A stretch of 64,000 nt of DNA from an uncultured Phycisphaerales bacterium (GTDB taxonomy: Bacteria > Planctomycetota > Phycisphaerae > Sedimentisphaerales > Anaerobacaceae). The position numbers and the translations under genes are program-made. The stretch lies in the NCBI GenBank assembly GCA_963718665.1, contig OY970359.1:288001-352000 (forward strand), in the 5' to 3' direction. Positions 1 to 10,000 of the stretch are shown here, piece after piece. Under the pieces are notes generated by a model, which was not told the origin of the DNA, searched no databases, and worked only from the letters and a program-made list of their open reading frames with translations. Within the stretch, counting starts at the first letter, position 1, and each line of letters opens with the position of its first letter.

Positions 1-986
1 GCATAACATATACCGACTGTTCGATTCAAGGGTATGCCGCGGTCAATCATCTGGTCGTAAATATGGCCACGGTCCGAGACAAGTAAGGGCCTTTTATTGA
101 TAAGCCGTCTCAGTAAGGCGGTTCCTGTGTCTAATATCGGCAGTCCGAACACGACTATTGACGCTACCCACCAGCGAGGGACTATGCGGGCGAACAGCAT
201 CATAATCGCGGCTGATACAAAGCCGAGCAACATAGAGCCGGCATCGCCCATAAATATCTTGGCGGGATGTCGATTGAAAGGCAGAAACCCACAAACTCCA
301 CCTACAAGTGCAAGGCAGACGATAATCCTGACTATATCGCCCTGCTCGCTGAAAGCGAATGTGGAACGACGGATTGCAAGAATCAGCATCCCGACGGTGA
401 CTATAACGGTTACTTCCCCGCACAAACCATCAAGACCGTCTAACAAATTCAGCGAGTTGGTGGCCCCAAGAACAAAGAAAATAATAATCGGAATACCAAT
501 CACTATTTCGGTGGTATCCGACATCGTTTGCCAGCCAAAAGATTTAACAATCTCACTCAGGTCCGGCTGGATTTCTGCCAGCATAATGGGTATTGCGGCA
601 ATAATCTGACCAAGCATCTTCTTACCGGGACTGATATCGAGAATATCATCGACAATGCCGACAAAACAGGCTATGGCAGCTCCGGCGAGAATACCGAAAA
701 GCCATCGCATCACATCCGACAGGACATTTTGACCTCGGATAATATAAATACCGCATAGTGCACCGACGATAAAACCAGCCAGCACCCCCACGCCTCCCAG
801 ATAAGCAACCGGCTTTTTATGTGTTTTGACGAGGTTGTCGGGCTTGTCAACTATGTTGAACCGAAGCGCAATAGCTTTGCATAACCATGTGGCAATCAGC
901 GCAAAAACAAAAGATAACACCAGCACAGGCAAAAACTGCACATACCAATCGAACGACCTTTTGGACCCCAGAAAATCGTCCAGCAT
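1..986 (-). CDS. WecA/MraY-family (glycosyltransferase family 4) undecaprenyl-phosphate GlcNAc-1-phosphate transferase; runs off the window start
   Basis: Manual minus-strand translation from ATG 986 (SD AAGGA): MLDDFLGSKR...IVDKPDNLVKTHKKPVAYLGGVGV...GIVDD...NSLNLLDGLDGL...FNRHPAKIFMGDAG; many hydrophobic helices. Confidence 0.88.
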   Translation of the reverse strand, partial: MLDDFLGSKRSFDWYVQFLPVLVLSFVFALIATWLCKAIALRFNIVDKPDNLVKTHKKPVAYLGGVGVLAGFIVGALCGIYIIRGQNVLSDVMRWLFGILAGAAIACFVGIVDDILDISPGKKMLGQIIAAIPIMLAEIQPDLSEIVKSFGWQTMSDTTEIVIGIPIIIFFVLGATNSLNLLDGLDGLCGEVTVIVTVGMLILAIRRSTFAFSEQGDIVRIIVCLALVGGVCGFLPFNRHPAKIFMGDAGSMLLGFVSAAIMMLFARIVPRWWVASIVVFGLPILDTGTALLRRLINKRPLLVSDRGHIYDQMIDRGIPLNRTVGICY

Positions 987-1182
987 ATCCTTTTTATCCA
1001 GCCCTGTCCTGGCAGGCCGCTAAAAAAGCCCGTCGAAGGCATAAAATCGATGAACTATGAGAGATACGACCCTTGTTAATAAGTTGGTATTTCCCAATAT
1101 TAAACGCCTGGCTACGCAACCAAGCATTTCGGTTCAACGTTCCTTGTTAATCATAAGACGCCTCTATGCCCTTTGCCCCCCA

Positions 1183-1340
1183 GCGGTTCGACTCGGCTCA
1201 CTGGAGCTCAAAGGCAAATGCTATTATACACATCAGGGCTTGAAAGAAAAAGGGATCAGTAGTAGTTTTTTTACTCTGTATTCTCTGCTGCCTGCCCTGA
1301 GCTTGCCTGTGGTGAGCTTTTCGAACCAGCCGAAAGGCAC
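1183..1340. repeat. REP-like palindromes, family A (TGAGC-Nx-(G)TCGAA-GG/CC); one copy nested inside another
   Basis: GGTTCGACTCGGCTCAC near 1185 and CCTGCCCTGAGCTTG[CCTGTGGTGAGCTTTTCGAACCAG]CCGAAAGG near 1291; CCTGCCCTGAGC...GTCGAAGGG recurs at 13966. Confidence 0.55.
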
Positions 1341-2317
1341 TCCGCGGTCACAACACCCTTCAACGCCACGGGTAATTCAACATATCGGTATGGTATTTGT
1401 AATTCAGCGCAAACGGCCTTGAATTTTTTAATGGCCCCCTCCGTCAGTTCGCTTTGAAACGTCGCTTTGCCTTTGCAGCAGAAAATCCTGCATCCGGAAA
1501 AGCGGTAAGCGTGAACGCCGCATTTTCCGTCAACCTGATAGCGGCATCGGCCACCTACCATTTGCTTTATATTCGCGATGCCAAGCTTCTCGACGAAAAA
1601 AACAAGCTCAGGCGTGGTAACATACAGGCGATGGTCATATTGCTCAAAATCACAGCACTTACCACAGGCGGCACAATGACCCGCAATATCCTTATTGGCG
1701 AGCTGCTGCTGTTCAATCCACTTATAAATTTCGCTCACCCGCGCAATGATCTGGGCGTTTTTCTCATTTCCATCCTTCGCAGTAGCTCCATTACCTGCAT
1801 TTGGGCCCTCTGAAGAAGTTTTGCCAGGTTGAATGGAAGACCGGTCTTCGTCGGGACTGCTACGGAGGACGGGCCGCCACCACTTATTATTTTTCTTTTT
1901 ATCTCGTATCTGTTCGGGGCTGTGTAACCCACCTCGATTTATACCCGGGCACGTCTGGCCGGTAGAATTCCAGGTATCCGGGCTGACTAAATTGTGCTCC
2001 CAGAAAGGCCAGTTCCGGCACTGCGCAGGGCGAACATCGTAAATCGCACAACCTCTGCCCTGTTTGGTTTGTTGCAGGAATACGCAATCCCGCGTATGCG
2101 GATTCTCGACAATCGTCATCCGCAAACCCACACGCCTCAAAAACTTTTGCTTCAATTCTTTGGCCGGCATTTTCAAAAAATCGGCTATCAGCCGGATTTC
2201 AGGCCTGCTTAGCCATATATACCCCTGCTCAGGCCCGGCGCAGCAACGCCCGCACTGCAAACACTCGAAGTGCAGCCCGGCCGAGTACCACGTATTTTTA
2301 CTATTACCGCGATTCAT
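1271..2317 (-). CDS. Protein with two tandem YkgJ-family (CxxCxxCC) Fe-S/Zn cluster domains
   Basis: CLQCGRCC...CVFL...CAIYDVRPAQCRNWPFW and CAACGKCC...CGVHAYRFSGCRIFCC; start moved to ATG 2317, 7 nt after an extended -10 (TGGTAAAAT). Confidence 0.8.
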   Translation of the reverse strand: MNRGNSKNTWYSAGLHFECLQCGRCCAGPEQGYIWLSRPEIRLIADFLKMPAKELKQKFLRRVGLRMTIVENPHTRDCVFLQQTKQGRGCAIYDVRPAQCRNWPFWEHNLVSPDTWNSTGQTCPGINRGGLHSPEQIRDKKKNNKWWRPVLRSSPDEDRSSIQPGKTSSEGPNAGNGATAKDGNEKNAQIIARVSEIYKWIEQQQLANKDIAGHCAACGKCCDFEQYDHRLYVTTPELVFFVEKLGIANIKQMVGGRCRYQVDGKCGVHAYRFSGCRIFCCKGKATFQSELTEGAIKKFKAVCAELQIPYRYVELPVALKGVVTAECLSAGSKSSPQASSGQAAENTE

Positions 2318-2727
2318 AGCAACTATTTTACCACAGAGCGGGATTAAGAGTTTTAAGTTTTTGGTTTTGCACCCCACTGCTTCGCTTTGCGAAGCAAAGC
2401 GTGGGGGCGTGAGTTTTGAGGTGAGAATGCGTCGATTAAATGCTTTAGCGGCGCCATTCCGCTTTGCGGACCATAAGGGGAGGCATAAGATGCAGCCGGG
2501 ATTTGTGATGTCTGGGGCTGCCGAAACACCGGCTGCTCGGATACCAGCGTATCGTCATAAGCTCCGGCTTAATCGCCAACTTGCCTGTTTTTGCTGTGCC
2601 AACCATCGTTAAATCCCTGCTAATATATCTGCACGAAGTTTGCTGCTGATGGTATCGACTAAAACAGGCGTTCACTTAATCTGTTTAATTTCCCGCATTA
2701 TAGGACGCTGCCGCCTCGACCTGGGGC

Positions 2728-3318
2728 TTAGAATATCTCACCGAGGTTACCCTGCGTGTTTTTCCAGCCGGCGGGCTGTAAATCAATTGTGAGAATCTCC
2801 GTCCTGCTGAAAAACCACTCGCCGGCCTCTTTTGTCAAATTCGCCTCAAGCTTAAAAAGCATCATCTTGCGGTATTCGTAAACAGGCCCCTTGGGGTCAA
2901 ACATAACACGGGCGGTAAACTCAACCTTCGCCTCGGAAGGTTTGATATCAAGGGAAACAATCGCAGGCACAATCTTTTCAATTACCGGCTCCGAAAGCCG
3001 CCATTTGAAATGATCCAGCAGTTCCTGTTTGGATGGATGAATCGAGTCGCTGTAATTTTCCCAAATCAACGGCTCAATCGCTCTTATATCTTCCTTCTCG
3101 ACCGCCCTGCACGCCTTGGCGAGAACTGCCTCTATCTTCTCCTTGTCGGTCTGGACCAGATAATCAATCGCAAAAGCCGCTATCGCGATAACCACGGGTA
3201 AAAGCCAGAATAACCAAGCCCGCCTGGGCGGCAGCAAATCGCGAAAAAACGCCACCACCAGAAAAACCACACCCGCCACAATCAGCAGCAGCCACGGCTG
3301 TTCAAATATATTTGTCAT
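2728..3318 (-). CDS. Hypothetical membrane protein (2 TM helices plus NTF2/SnoaL-like domain)
   Basis: Two hydrophobic N-terminal segments followed by an alpha/beta soluble domain; SD GGAGGTGA before ATG 3318. Confidence 0.7.
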   Translation of the reverse strand: MTNIFEQPWLLLIVAGVVFLVVAFFRDLLPPRRAWLFWLLPVVIAIAAFAIDYLVQTDKEKIEAVLAKACRAVEKEDIRAIEPLIWENYSDSIHPSKQELLDHFKWRLSEPVIEKIVPAIVSLDIKPSEAKVEFTARVMFDPKGPVYEYRKMMLFKLEANLTKEAGEWFFSRTEILTIDLQPAGWKNTQGNLGEIF

Positions 3319-3344
3319 TGGCTCACCTCCGGCCAATATCTCAA

Positions 3345-4106
3345 TTACCCCGGCAGGTCCAGCTTCACAAGCGATTTTCGAATTTGCTTTGTCCTGTCGT
3401 AATCGGTAACGTCCGGCGCCAAAGCCGTAACGCTAATGTACCCTTCCATCAGGGCCATCATATCCGTCGATGGGTCATCAAACGGCCCAGGCCCGCCCGC
3501 AAGCTGATAAACCGTCTGGCCTTTCTCATCAATCTGCGGCTGATAATACTCATCGAACGCCTTGTTCGACTGGGGCACAACCTTAATTCCCCGTGGTCTG
3601 CCCGCCGAAAGCCGCGGTATATTTATATTGACGAGAGCTCCTGTCTTTACAGGCATAAGCTTTTTAAGGATGTGCATACAATACCCGGCGGCGGTATCGT
3701 AATCCATCTTCTCCTCCGCCGCCAAGCTCGTTGCCACCGACGGTATGCCAAGAAGCACCCCTTCCATCGCCGCCGCGACCGTTCCCGAATAATAAATGTT
3801 AATCCCGGCGTTTGCGCCGTTGTTTATCCCCGCGACCAAAAGCTCAATCGGTTTGGCGCACAACTGCATCGCCGCGAGCTTGACGCAATCGGCGGGCGAC
3901 CCCTCGATGCTGTAACCTGAAAAAAGACCGTTCACATCGACCTTGCTGCAAACCACAGGCCTGTTGAAAGTAATACTGTGGCTTGCGCCCGACTTGCTCG
4001 CCGCGGGCGCGACAACCGTTACCTCGCCGATTTTCACAAGCTCTTTGTATATCGCCGAAAGCCCCGGCGCAAATATCCCGTCATCGTTGGTCAGTAGTAT
4101 GTTCAT
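3345..4106 (-). CDS. surE: 5'/3'-nucleotidase SurE
   Basis: MNILLTNDDG, SGASHSIT, GSPADCV, GINNGANAG...YSGTVAAAMEG. Confidence 0.96.
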   Translation of the reverse strand: MNILLTNDDGIFAPGLSAIYKELVKIGEVTVVAPAASKSGASHSITFNRPVVCSKVDVNGLFSGYSIEGSPADCVKLAAMQLCAKPIELLVAGINNGANAGINIYYSGTVAAAMEGVLLGIPSVATSLAAEEKMDYDTAAGYCMHILKKLMPVKTGALVNINIPRLSAGRPRGIKVVPQSNKAFDEYYQPQIDEKGQTVYQLAGGPGPFDDPSTDMMALMEGYISVTALAPDVTDYDRTKQIRKSLVKLDLPG

Positions 4107-4115
4107 ATTTTTCTG

Positions 4116-4143
4116 TTGATTATTGATTATTGATGATTGATTA
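4116..4143 (+). repeat. Heptamer tandem repeat (TTGATTA)x4 in the surE/nnrE divergent intergenic gap
   Basis: TTGATTA TTGATTA TTGATGA TTGATTA read directly. Confidence 0.8.
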
Positions 4144-4155
4144 TCAATACTGATT

Positions 4156-4866
4156 ATGAAAAAGTTTCAGCCGGACCAGAAGTGTTTATTGATGAGCAGA
4201 GACGAGGGGCGGGCATTCGACGCATGGGCAATCAACGAGCTGGGCATACCGGGCATCGTGCTGATGGAAAACGCGGGCAGAGGATGCGCACAGTTTATCA
4301 TCGAAACACTTTCCAAAATTAAAAAGCCCGTGGTCTGCATTTTCTGCGGAACCGGCAACAACGGCGGCGACGGTTTCGTCATCGCAAGGCACCTCTTCAA
4401 CGCGGGCTTTGCCGTAACAGTCGTGGTATGCGGCAGCATCAACAAAATCAGGGGCGACGCCAAAATCAATCTCGATATACTCACCCGTCTCGGTTTAAAA
4501 ATCGAACGGCTGGATATGGAAGACGCAGAGGCAATCGACGCCAGCGTTACCAAACTCGCCGGCGAAGCCAATATGATTATCGACGCCATATTCGGAACAG
4601 GGCTTATCGGGGCACTGCGTGATGAATACAAACGGCTGATTGAAAGCATAAATGAGCTCGGCTGCCCCGTCCTCTCCGTTGATATTCCCTCGGGCCTGGA
4701 TTGCGATACGGGTCTGCCGCTCGGCGCATCGATAAAAGCCAATTGCACCATTACCTTCGTCGCGGTCAAAAAGGGATTTGTTTTCGAAAACGCCCGGGCA
4801 TATACGGGCGATATATTCGTCGCCTCGATTGGCGTCGAACCCAAACACGGGTCGTCGCAGAAATAA
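4156..4866 (+). CDS. nnrE: NAD(P)H-hydrate epimerase (stand-alone YjeF_N)
   Basis: LMENAG, CGTGNNGGDG, DAIFGTG, SVDIPSG. Confidence 0.93.
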   Translation: MKKFQPDQKCLLMSRDEGRAFDAWAINELGIPGIVLMENAGRGCAQFIIETLSKIKKPVVCIFCGTGNNGGDGFVIARHLFNAGFAVTVVVCGSINKIRGDAKINLDILTRLGLKIERLDMEDAEAIDASVTKLAGEANMIIDAIFGTGLIGALRDEYKRLIESINELGCPVLSVDIPSGLDCDTGLPLGASIKANCTITFVAVKKGFVFENARAYTGDIFVASIGVEPKHGSSQK

Positions 4867-4904
4867 TAGCTTAACCTGTTACTTCAATCTGTGAAATCTG
4901 TGGT

Positions 4905-6350
4905 TTAAAACGCCCCGGGATTGCCCGCCTGCGTCTTGTACCCGATGAAATACAGGAATCTGTCCGCGTTCAGTATCGGTATCGATAACGCCTGTGCCTG
5001 GCTCTGAATATCCTTGTACTTAGCTGCCTGCTGCACCGCACGCTCGTATTTCTCCATCGCGTTGGGGTACTTTTCCGTCTCCTGCATTGTCGGCTTCGAC
5101 GGCACCACGGGCGGCGTCCCCAGAATCACGTAATCCGTATTCACAGTCACAGTGTCGGCAACCTTGCCGCCCCACTTCTCCACCAGGCCGCGTATCTTCG
5201 CGATAGCGTCATCATCAATAATCCCGTCGCCGTTGAGGTCGAAATCGCCCGCGACCACAAAAGTATTCGCCTTCGTCGGCGACCAGATAAGATTCGCGAT
5301 TATATCGTCAGCAAGAATCGGGTTTTTCTTGTCGGAACGAATAATTCTCGCCGCCGAGAAACTGTCCCCGATGCTGTAAACCTCTATCTCGGCTTTTCCT
5401 TTGCCGTTCCTCGGAATGGGCTGGCCCCTGTCGTAAACCGCAAAAGTAAGGCCGCGGTAAATATGGTCATTAGTGCCAAGATTAATTTGCACAGTTTTGG
5501 CCTGGTCATCGACCAGAATTATCTTTCCAGCCGGCTCAAACGCCTTTATCTCCGTCTCCGGCGGCGGCTGAATGGGCCACACACTTTCCTTTAATATCTT
5601 CTGAATGCGGTCCTGAGCCATCTGAAGCTCCGCCTGGCTCTTCAATAACTGCTTGTTAGTTTCCTCCCGGGCCGTTTTTTCCTGGTCGAGCTTGCCATAC
5701 AGGTCTTTAACCTGTTCATCGCTCTTTTTCTCAAGCAGCGCCTTCAGCTCATCATAGCCCGTCCGAACCTTGTCAAATTGCTGCTGTAACCTGTCCTTTT
5801 CCGCCAGCAGCATATTTTCTTTTTCCATACTGACTTTTTTCGCGTCGTCAAACTGCGCCTGAAGATTATTAAGCTGTTCCTTTACGGCCGACTCAGATGC
5901 CTGGGTATTTGCCAGCGAGACGTTCAGTTTGTCCGCCACCTCAAGCAAAGTCAAGTTCGGGTCAATGTCGTTCATTTCAGGATATTGTTTCGCTACCGCG
6001 GCAATTATTTCTTTTACCTTCGCCTTCGCCTCACTAACCTTGACTTCCGCCGACTTATCGCCCGGCAAACCAGGTAATATCAATGACACCGCCTGGTCGA
6101 GATAGTCCGTCATCACCTTCAGCTTGCTCTTGCCGGGTTGCTCAGAGCCGATAATGGCCCCTATCTTCTGCTGCTCAGCGGAAGTCGCAAACTCGCTTAG
6201 CCTCTTTTGCGCCGCCTCGGCAAGACCCCGCTGTTCTTCGAATTTTAAATAGTAGATGACCCCCGCCGTTGCTGCTATAATAAACAACGTCACAAATGCT
6301 ATCAGGGCGTAAAGGGTACTGTCAGCCGAGCTCTTTTTGCCGATTGGCAT
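4905..6350 (-). CDS. Hypothetical membrane-anchored coiled-coil protein with C-terminal BRCT-like domain
   Basis: N-terminal TM helix, long Q/E/K-rich helical stretch, FVVAGDF...GLVEKWGGKVADTVTVNTDYVILG (BRCT-like). Confidence 0.7.
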   Translation of the reverse strand: MPIGKKSSADSTLYALIAFVTLFIIAATAGVIYYLKFEEQRGLAEAAQKRLSEFATSAEQQKIGAIIGSEQPGKSKLKVMTDYLDQAVSLILPGLPGDKSAEVKVSEAKAKVKEIIAAVAKQYPEMNDIDPNLTLLEVADKLNVSLANTQASESAVKEQLNNLQAQFDDAKKVSMEKENMLLAEKDRLQQQFDKVRTGYDELKALLEKKSDEQVKDLYGKLDQEKTAREETNKQLLKSQAELQMAQDRIQKILKESVWPIQPPPETEIKAFEPAGKIILVDDQAKTVQINLGTNDHIYRGLTFAVYDRGQPIPRNGKGKAEIEVYSIGDSFSAARIIRSDKKNPILADDIIANLIWSPTKANTFVVAGDFDLNGDGIIDDDAIAKIRGLVEKWGGKVADTVTVNTDYVILGTPPVVPSKPTMQETEKYPNAMEKYERAVQQAAKYKDIQSQAQALSIPILNADRFLYFIGYKTQAGNPGAF

Positions 6351-6503
6351 AACTACAACTCCTCAGAAATTAGTAAAAAACCTTGGTTTTCAAGGCCTAT
6401 AAGCATTATATTATCGTCAGAAAGTTACCCAAAGTCAACAAAAAAACCGGCTGAAAGTAAATCTGGGCAAGAGTTGTCGGCTCTGTGAATTGGAACGGTG
6501 ATT

Positions 6504-7235
6504 ATGGCAGTTGAGCGATTACAAAAGATATTATCGGCCTCTGGCGTAGCGTCACGCCGAAAATGCGAGGAAATAATCCTCGAAGGCCTCGTCTCCGTAA
6601 ACGGCAAGGTAGTTGATACCATCCCTGCCTTCGCAGACCTCGACAAGGACACCATAATCGCCGCGGGCAAACGAATTAAGCCCCAGCCAAAGATTTATTT
6701 CCTGCTAAATAAGCCCAAAGGCGTCATCTGCACCAATTTTGACCCACAGGGCAGGACCAAGGCAATCGACCTAATCCCCACACGCCATCGAATCTTCTGT
6801 GTTGGCCGGCTCGACGTTGATACGCCCGGTCTGATTATCCTAACCAACGATAACGACCTCGCCAACCGCCTCACCCACCCAAAATATGGTCTCACCAAAA
6901 CCTACCTCGCCGAAGTCAAAGGACGAATCGAAGGCGAACACGTCGAAAAACTCAACAAGGGCATCTGGCTTTCCGAGGGCAAATCCTCCCATACCGCCGT
7001 CAGGATACTAAAGCGGGGACATCAAAGTTCACTCATTGAGGTAAGTATTACCGAACGCCTCAACCGTGAAGTCCGAAGAATGTTAGCTCGCGTGGGGCTA
7101 CCCGTCAAATCCCTCAGGCGCACCGGCATCGGCAAAATCTCAGACCGCGGCCTCGGCATAGGCCAATTCCGACTCCTCACACACTCCGAAGTCAACTACC
7201 TCCGAAAATCCACCGCCGACAAAACGCCCGGCTAA
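6504..7235 (+). CDS. rluB: rRNA pseudouridine synthase, RluB/RsuA family with S4 domain
   Basis: ERLQKILSASGVASRRKCEE (S4), LNKPKG, VGRLD catalytic motif, LTHPKY. Confidence 0.88.
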   Translation: MAVERLQKILSASGVASRRKCEEIILEGLVSVNGKVVDTIPAFADLDKDTIIAAGKRIKPQPKIYFLLNKPKGVICTNFDPQGRTKAIDLIPTRHRIFCVGRLDVDTPGLIILTNDNDLANRLTHPKYGLTKTYLAEVKGRIEGEHVEKLNKGIWLSEGKSSHTAVRILKRGHQSSLIEVSITERLNREVRRMLARVGLPVKSLRRTGIGKISDRGLGIGQFRLLTHSEVNYLRKSTADKTPG

Positions 7236-10000
7236 GGCGGCAGCGTAACCACATCGCTTCCGCTGAAACCGCCAAAAACAATACCGAAGTCCGTAACACC
7301 GGCATCGGCTGGGAAATCGGTCTTCTTTATCGTCAGGGTAAACGTGCATTTGTTGAAATCAAAAGTCGCAGCGGCAATGCCTATAAGGTTGGAAGAAACA
7401 TCATACAATTTCACATTTGAGCAGGTGAATTTGCCTTTGGTGTCTTTGAAGTTACCGGCTGGTATCGTAAAGGTCTGTGAGCCAACGGTAATATTGAGTT
7501 GATAAGTAAGCAGACTCACATCATTAACGTTTTCATCGGAGAACCCGCCGCTGACAGCAACCTGGGTAATATCGCCGGTGTTCTTATTGCGTGTGAATTT
7601 TGATTTATCAACCCGCAGCGAGTTTTTAACACCCATCAAAAGGTTAATGGGTATGGGTTTTCCGCCGTTGACTATCGTCTCATTGACACTCGTCTCGGCA
7701 TTATAATCGTCGATTCCAATTTGGACGGTTAATGGGCACGACAAGCCCAACAAGTCAACGTTCTTGGCCGTAAATGAAAACGTTGACGTATTTGTATTGA
7801 AGACAAACGACGTCTTCGAAGGTTTATTGGTTATCGTGCTGCTGAATTTGTAGTTCTTAAAAGTCGTTGAATTCCTCGGGAAGACCTGGACAAAAGGATT
7901 GACCATATTTGCAGAATTGATGTCAACCACAATCCCGCTGGCGGCTGAAATCTCATCCACAGTGGCGTTTAGCGTCCCCGACAACGAAATCGCGTCGTTG
8001 TTATTACTGCCTGCCGTTACGGTGCATTTCTCGACCACGCATTTCCCTGCCACAGCCGTTGTGTTGATAATGGAGACCGGAACAATATCGCTCCAGCCCG
8101 TTTCACCATCTACATCCACAGACCTGGCCAAAATGACGTAATTACCGTTGCTGACCTGTGTCGTATCGAACGTGTATTCCCATTCCCCGCTCGTATCATT
8201 GAAATCAGCAGGCATATCCTCGTAACCAATCGGGACGCCGTCTCCGCTATTCGGCGAACGCAGGTAGAAATAAACCTCGCTTACAGGGTAATTACTGTCT
8301 GTCCAGGCCGTAAAAGTAACCTCGCCTGAAACACTGGAATTGAAGCTGCCTACGACGGGTATCGCGACGACATCCTGTGAGGAGACAAAATCTATCGCCC
8401 AGCAGTTCCCCGACGTCACCGCGCCATTCTGTGACTGGCCGGTGTTTGCTGTCTGGTCGGTAAATGAATGGCCGTAACTGGCAACGCTGATTGTATAGGT
8501 CGAATTCGACGGAACGTTGGCAAGGGCGTATATGCCATTGGTATTGGTTGTGGTCTGATATGTTCCGCCGCCGGTCATCACGGCGGTTACGGTCGCACCG
8601 GAAATCGGCGTATTGGTGTCGGCCGCCGTAACGCGCCCGCTTATAATTTCACCCGTGCCGCTGATATAAATGTTATAAATAGTGCTGTCAACAATTTCAA
8701 ACGAAGATGCTGTTGGGTCGATGCTCGCTGCATCGATATTCGGCAGGTTATACCAAACGTCATCATCGCCGTCCCAGCCCATATTCAGATGATGATACAG
8801 CGTCGAGCTTTGATATCCGTAACCATCGGCCACAACGGCGTGACCGTCGCCCTCGAAATCGGAAATGCCTAATATAACCGGGTTGCCGTAATCAAGATTT
8901 GGGTTAATCATTCCATCCAAGCCGTCTCCTATGTTGTCTATCTCATCACCACCTTTAATCGCGTTGCTGTAACCAAATGTGTCAACCATTGCTGTGGCAG
9001 CATCGCTAATATATGCACCGGAGCCGTCGGACTCGTAATCCATTTTAACGGCCACCCCGGCATCGTAGGTGAGATCGCCGATGGCTTCTCTCTGCGCCAG
9101 CGTTGTGCTGCAATCGGGAGCAAGCGGCATCTGACTCCAGTTATACGCCCCGCCGGAACCGTCGCCGCCGCGAAGATGCGCTGTCTGGGAAGCCCCATTG
9201 ACAGTAATCGTAAAACTCGGTGTCCCGACTCCGGACACAGGGTATTGCCAAAAACGCATATACTGCGCCATTGCCGTAGCCACACACCCGGCCGGATAAT
9301 TGCTCGGGTCCCCATTGCCATATCCCCCCGGCGTATAGTAGTTGTAGCACGCCCTATCGCTACTACATGAGATAACATCTTGTCCCCACTCGGTCTGAAG
9401 AAACGGCGAGACACGAACATCCGAAACACTGCTCACGGGCTCTGCCCCGGACACGGGGTGACCACCCCACCTGCCGAGCAATTCCGCCCATTTGGCGAAG
9501 GCCTTCTCTCCCGATTTATGCACCATGGCCTGCTGTTTTGTAAGGTCCCCCGTCGAATTGCCGGCGAGCAATTTTGCGTGAACCGACCGTGATACATTGA
9601 TTCTTGCGGGAATGTCCCGGCTGACTAATGCGCCAAGTGGATTACGAGCCGACGAGTCATAGCTGCCTCCCGATGAAAAACACACTATCGGCTCAACAAG
9701 GTCGTCCGCGGATACAACCACAAATCCGTTGGGCTTAAGAACAACAACGTAATAAACCGGCTGACCGTTGGAATCTGTAAATGTTTTAACGTTTTCAACC
9801 TCGCTGCCGAGCCGGCTGCCCATGGGCTTCGCTTCCTTCGCCAGCCATCCGTTTACCACCTCACGTGCCAAATTCGAAGGGACGGCCTTTGCCCATACTA
9901 TTGCGCACCACGACCCCTGCAGCACGAAAAAACACAATAACGACAACAGGTAAACCCTAATCGCAAAACACAAACGTAATATCTTTTTCATGTCTTTCAT
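7232..10000 (-). CDS. Secreted C10 (streptopain/SpeB-like) cysteine protease with prodomain and C-terminal beta-sandwich domains
   Basis: Signal peptide; GFVVVSADD prodomain; GCVATAMAQ (Cys), GHAVVADGY (His), HLNMGW; carboxypeptidase-regulatory-like and Ig-like tail. Confidence 0.88.
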   Translation of the reverse strand: MKDMKKILRLCFAIRVYLLSLLCFFVLQGSWCAIVWAKAVPSNLAREVVNGWLAKEAKPMGSRLGSEVENVKTFTDSNGQPVYYVVVLKPNGFVVVSADDLVEPIVCFSSGGSYDSSARNPLGALVSRDIPARINVSRSVHAKLLAGNSTGDLTKQQAMVHKSGEKAFAKWAELLGRWGGHPVSGAEPVSSVSDVRVSPFLQTEWGQDVISCSSDRACYNYYTPGGYGNGDPSNYPAGCVATAMAQYMRFWQYPVSGVGTPSFTITVNGASQTAHLRGGDGSGGAYNWSQMPLAPDCSTTLAQREAIGDLTYDAGVAVKMDYESDGSGAYISDAATAMVDTFGYSNAIKGGDEIDNIGDGLDGMINPNLDYGNPVILGISDFEGDGHAVVADGYGYQSSTLYHHLNMGWDGDDDVWYNLPNIDAASIDPTASSFEIVDSTIYNIYISGTGEIISGRVTAADTNTPISGATVTAVMTGGGTYQTTTNTNGIYALANVPSNSTYTISVASYGHSFTDQTANTGQSQNGAVTSGNCWAIDFVSSQDVVAIPVVGSFNSSVSGEVTFTAWTDSNYPVSEVYFYLRSPNSGDGVPIGYEDMPADFNDTSGEWEYTFDTTQVSNGNYVILARSVDVDGETGWSDIVPVSIINTTAVAGKCVVEKCTVTAGSNNNDAISLSGTLNATVDEISAASGIVVDINSANMVNPFVQVFPRNSTTFKNYKFSSTITNKPSKTSFVFNTNTSTFSFTAKNVDLLGLSCPLTVQIGIDDYNAETSVNETIVNGGKPIPINLLMGVKNSLRVDKSKFTRNKNTGDITQVAVSGGFSDENVNDVSLLTYQLNITVGSQTFTIPAGNFKDTKGKFTCSNVKLYDVSSNLIGIAAATFDFNKCTFTLTIKKTDFPADAGVTDFGIVFGGFSGSDVVTLPP

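Noticed and set aside
2400..2727. tmRNA (GGGGGCG start)
   Set aside because: No TTCGA T-arm or CCA-like 3' end and no tag reading frame ending in AA
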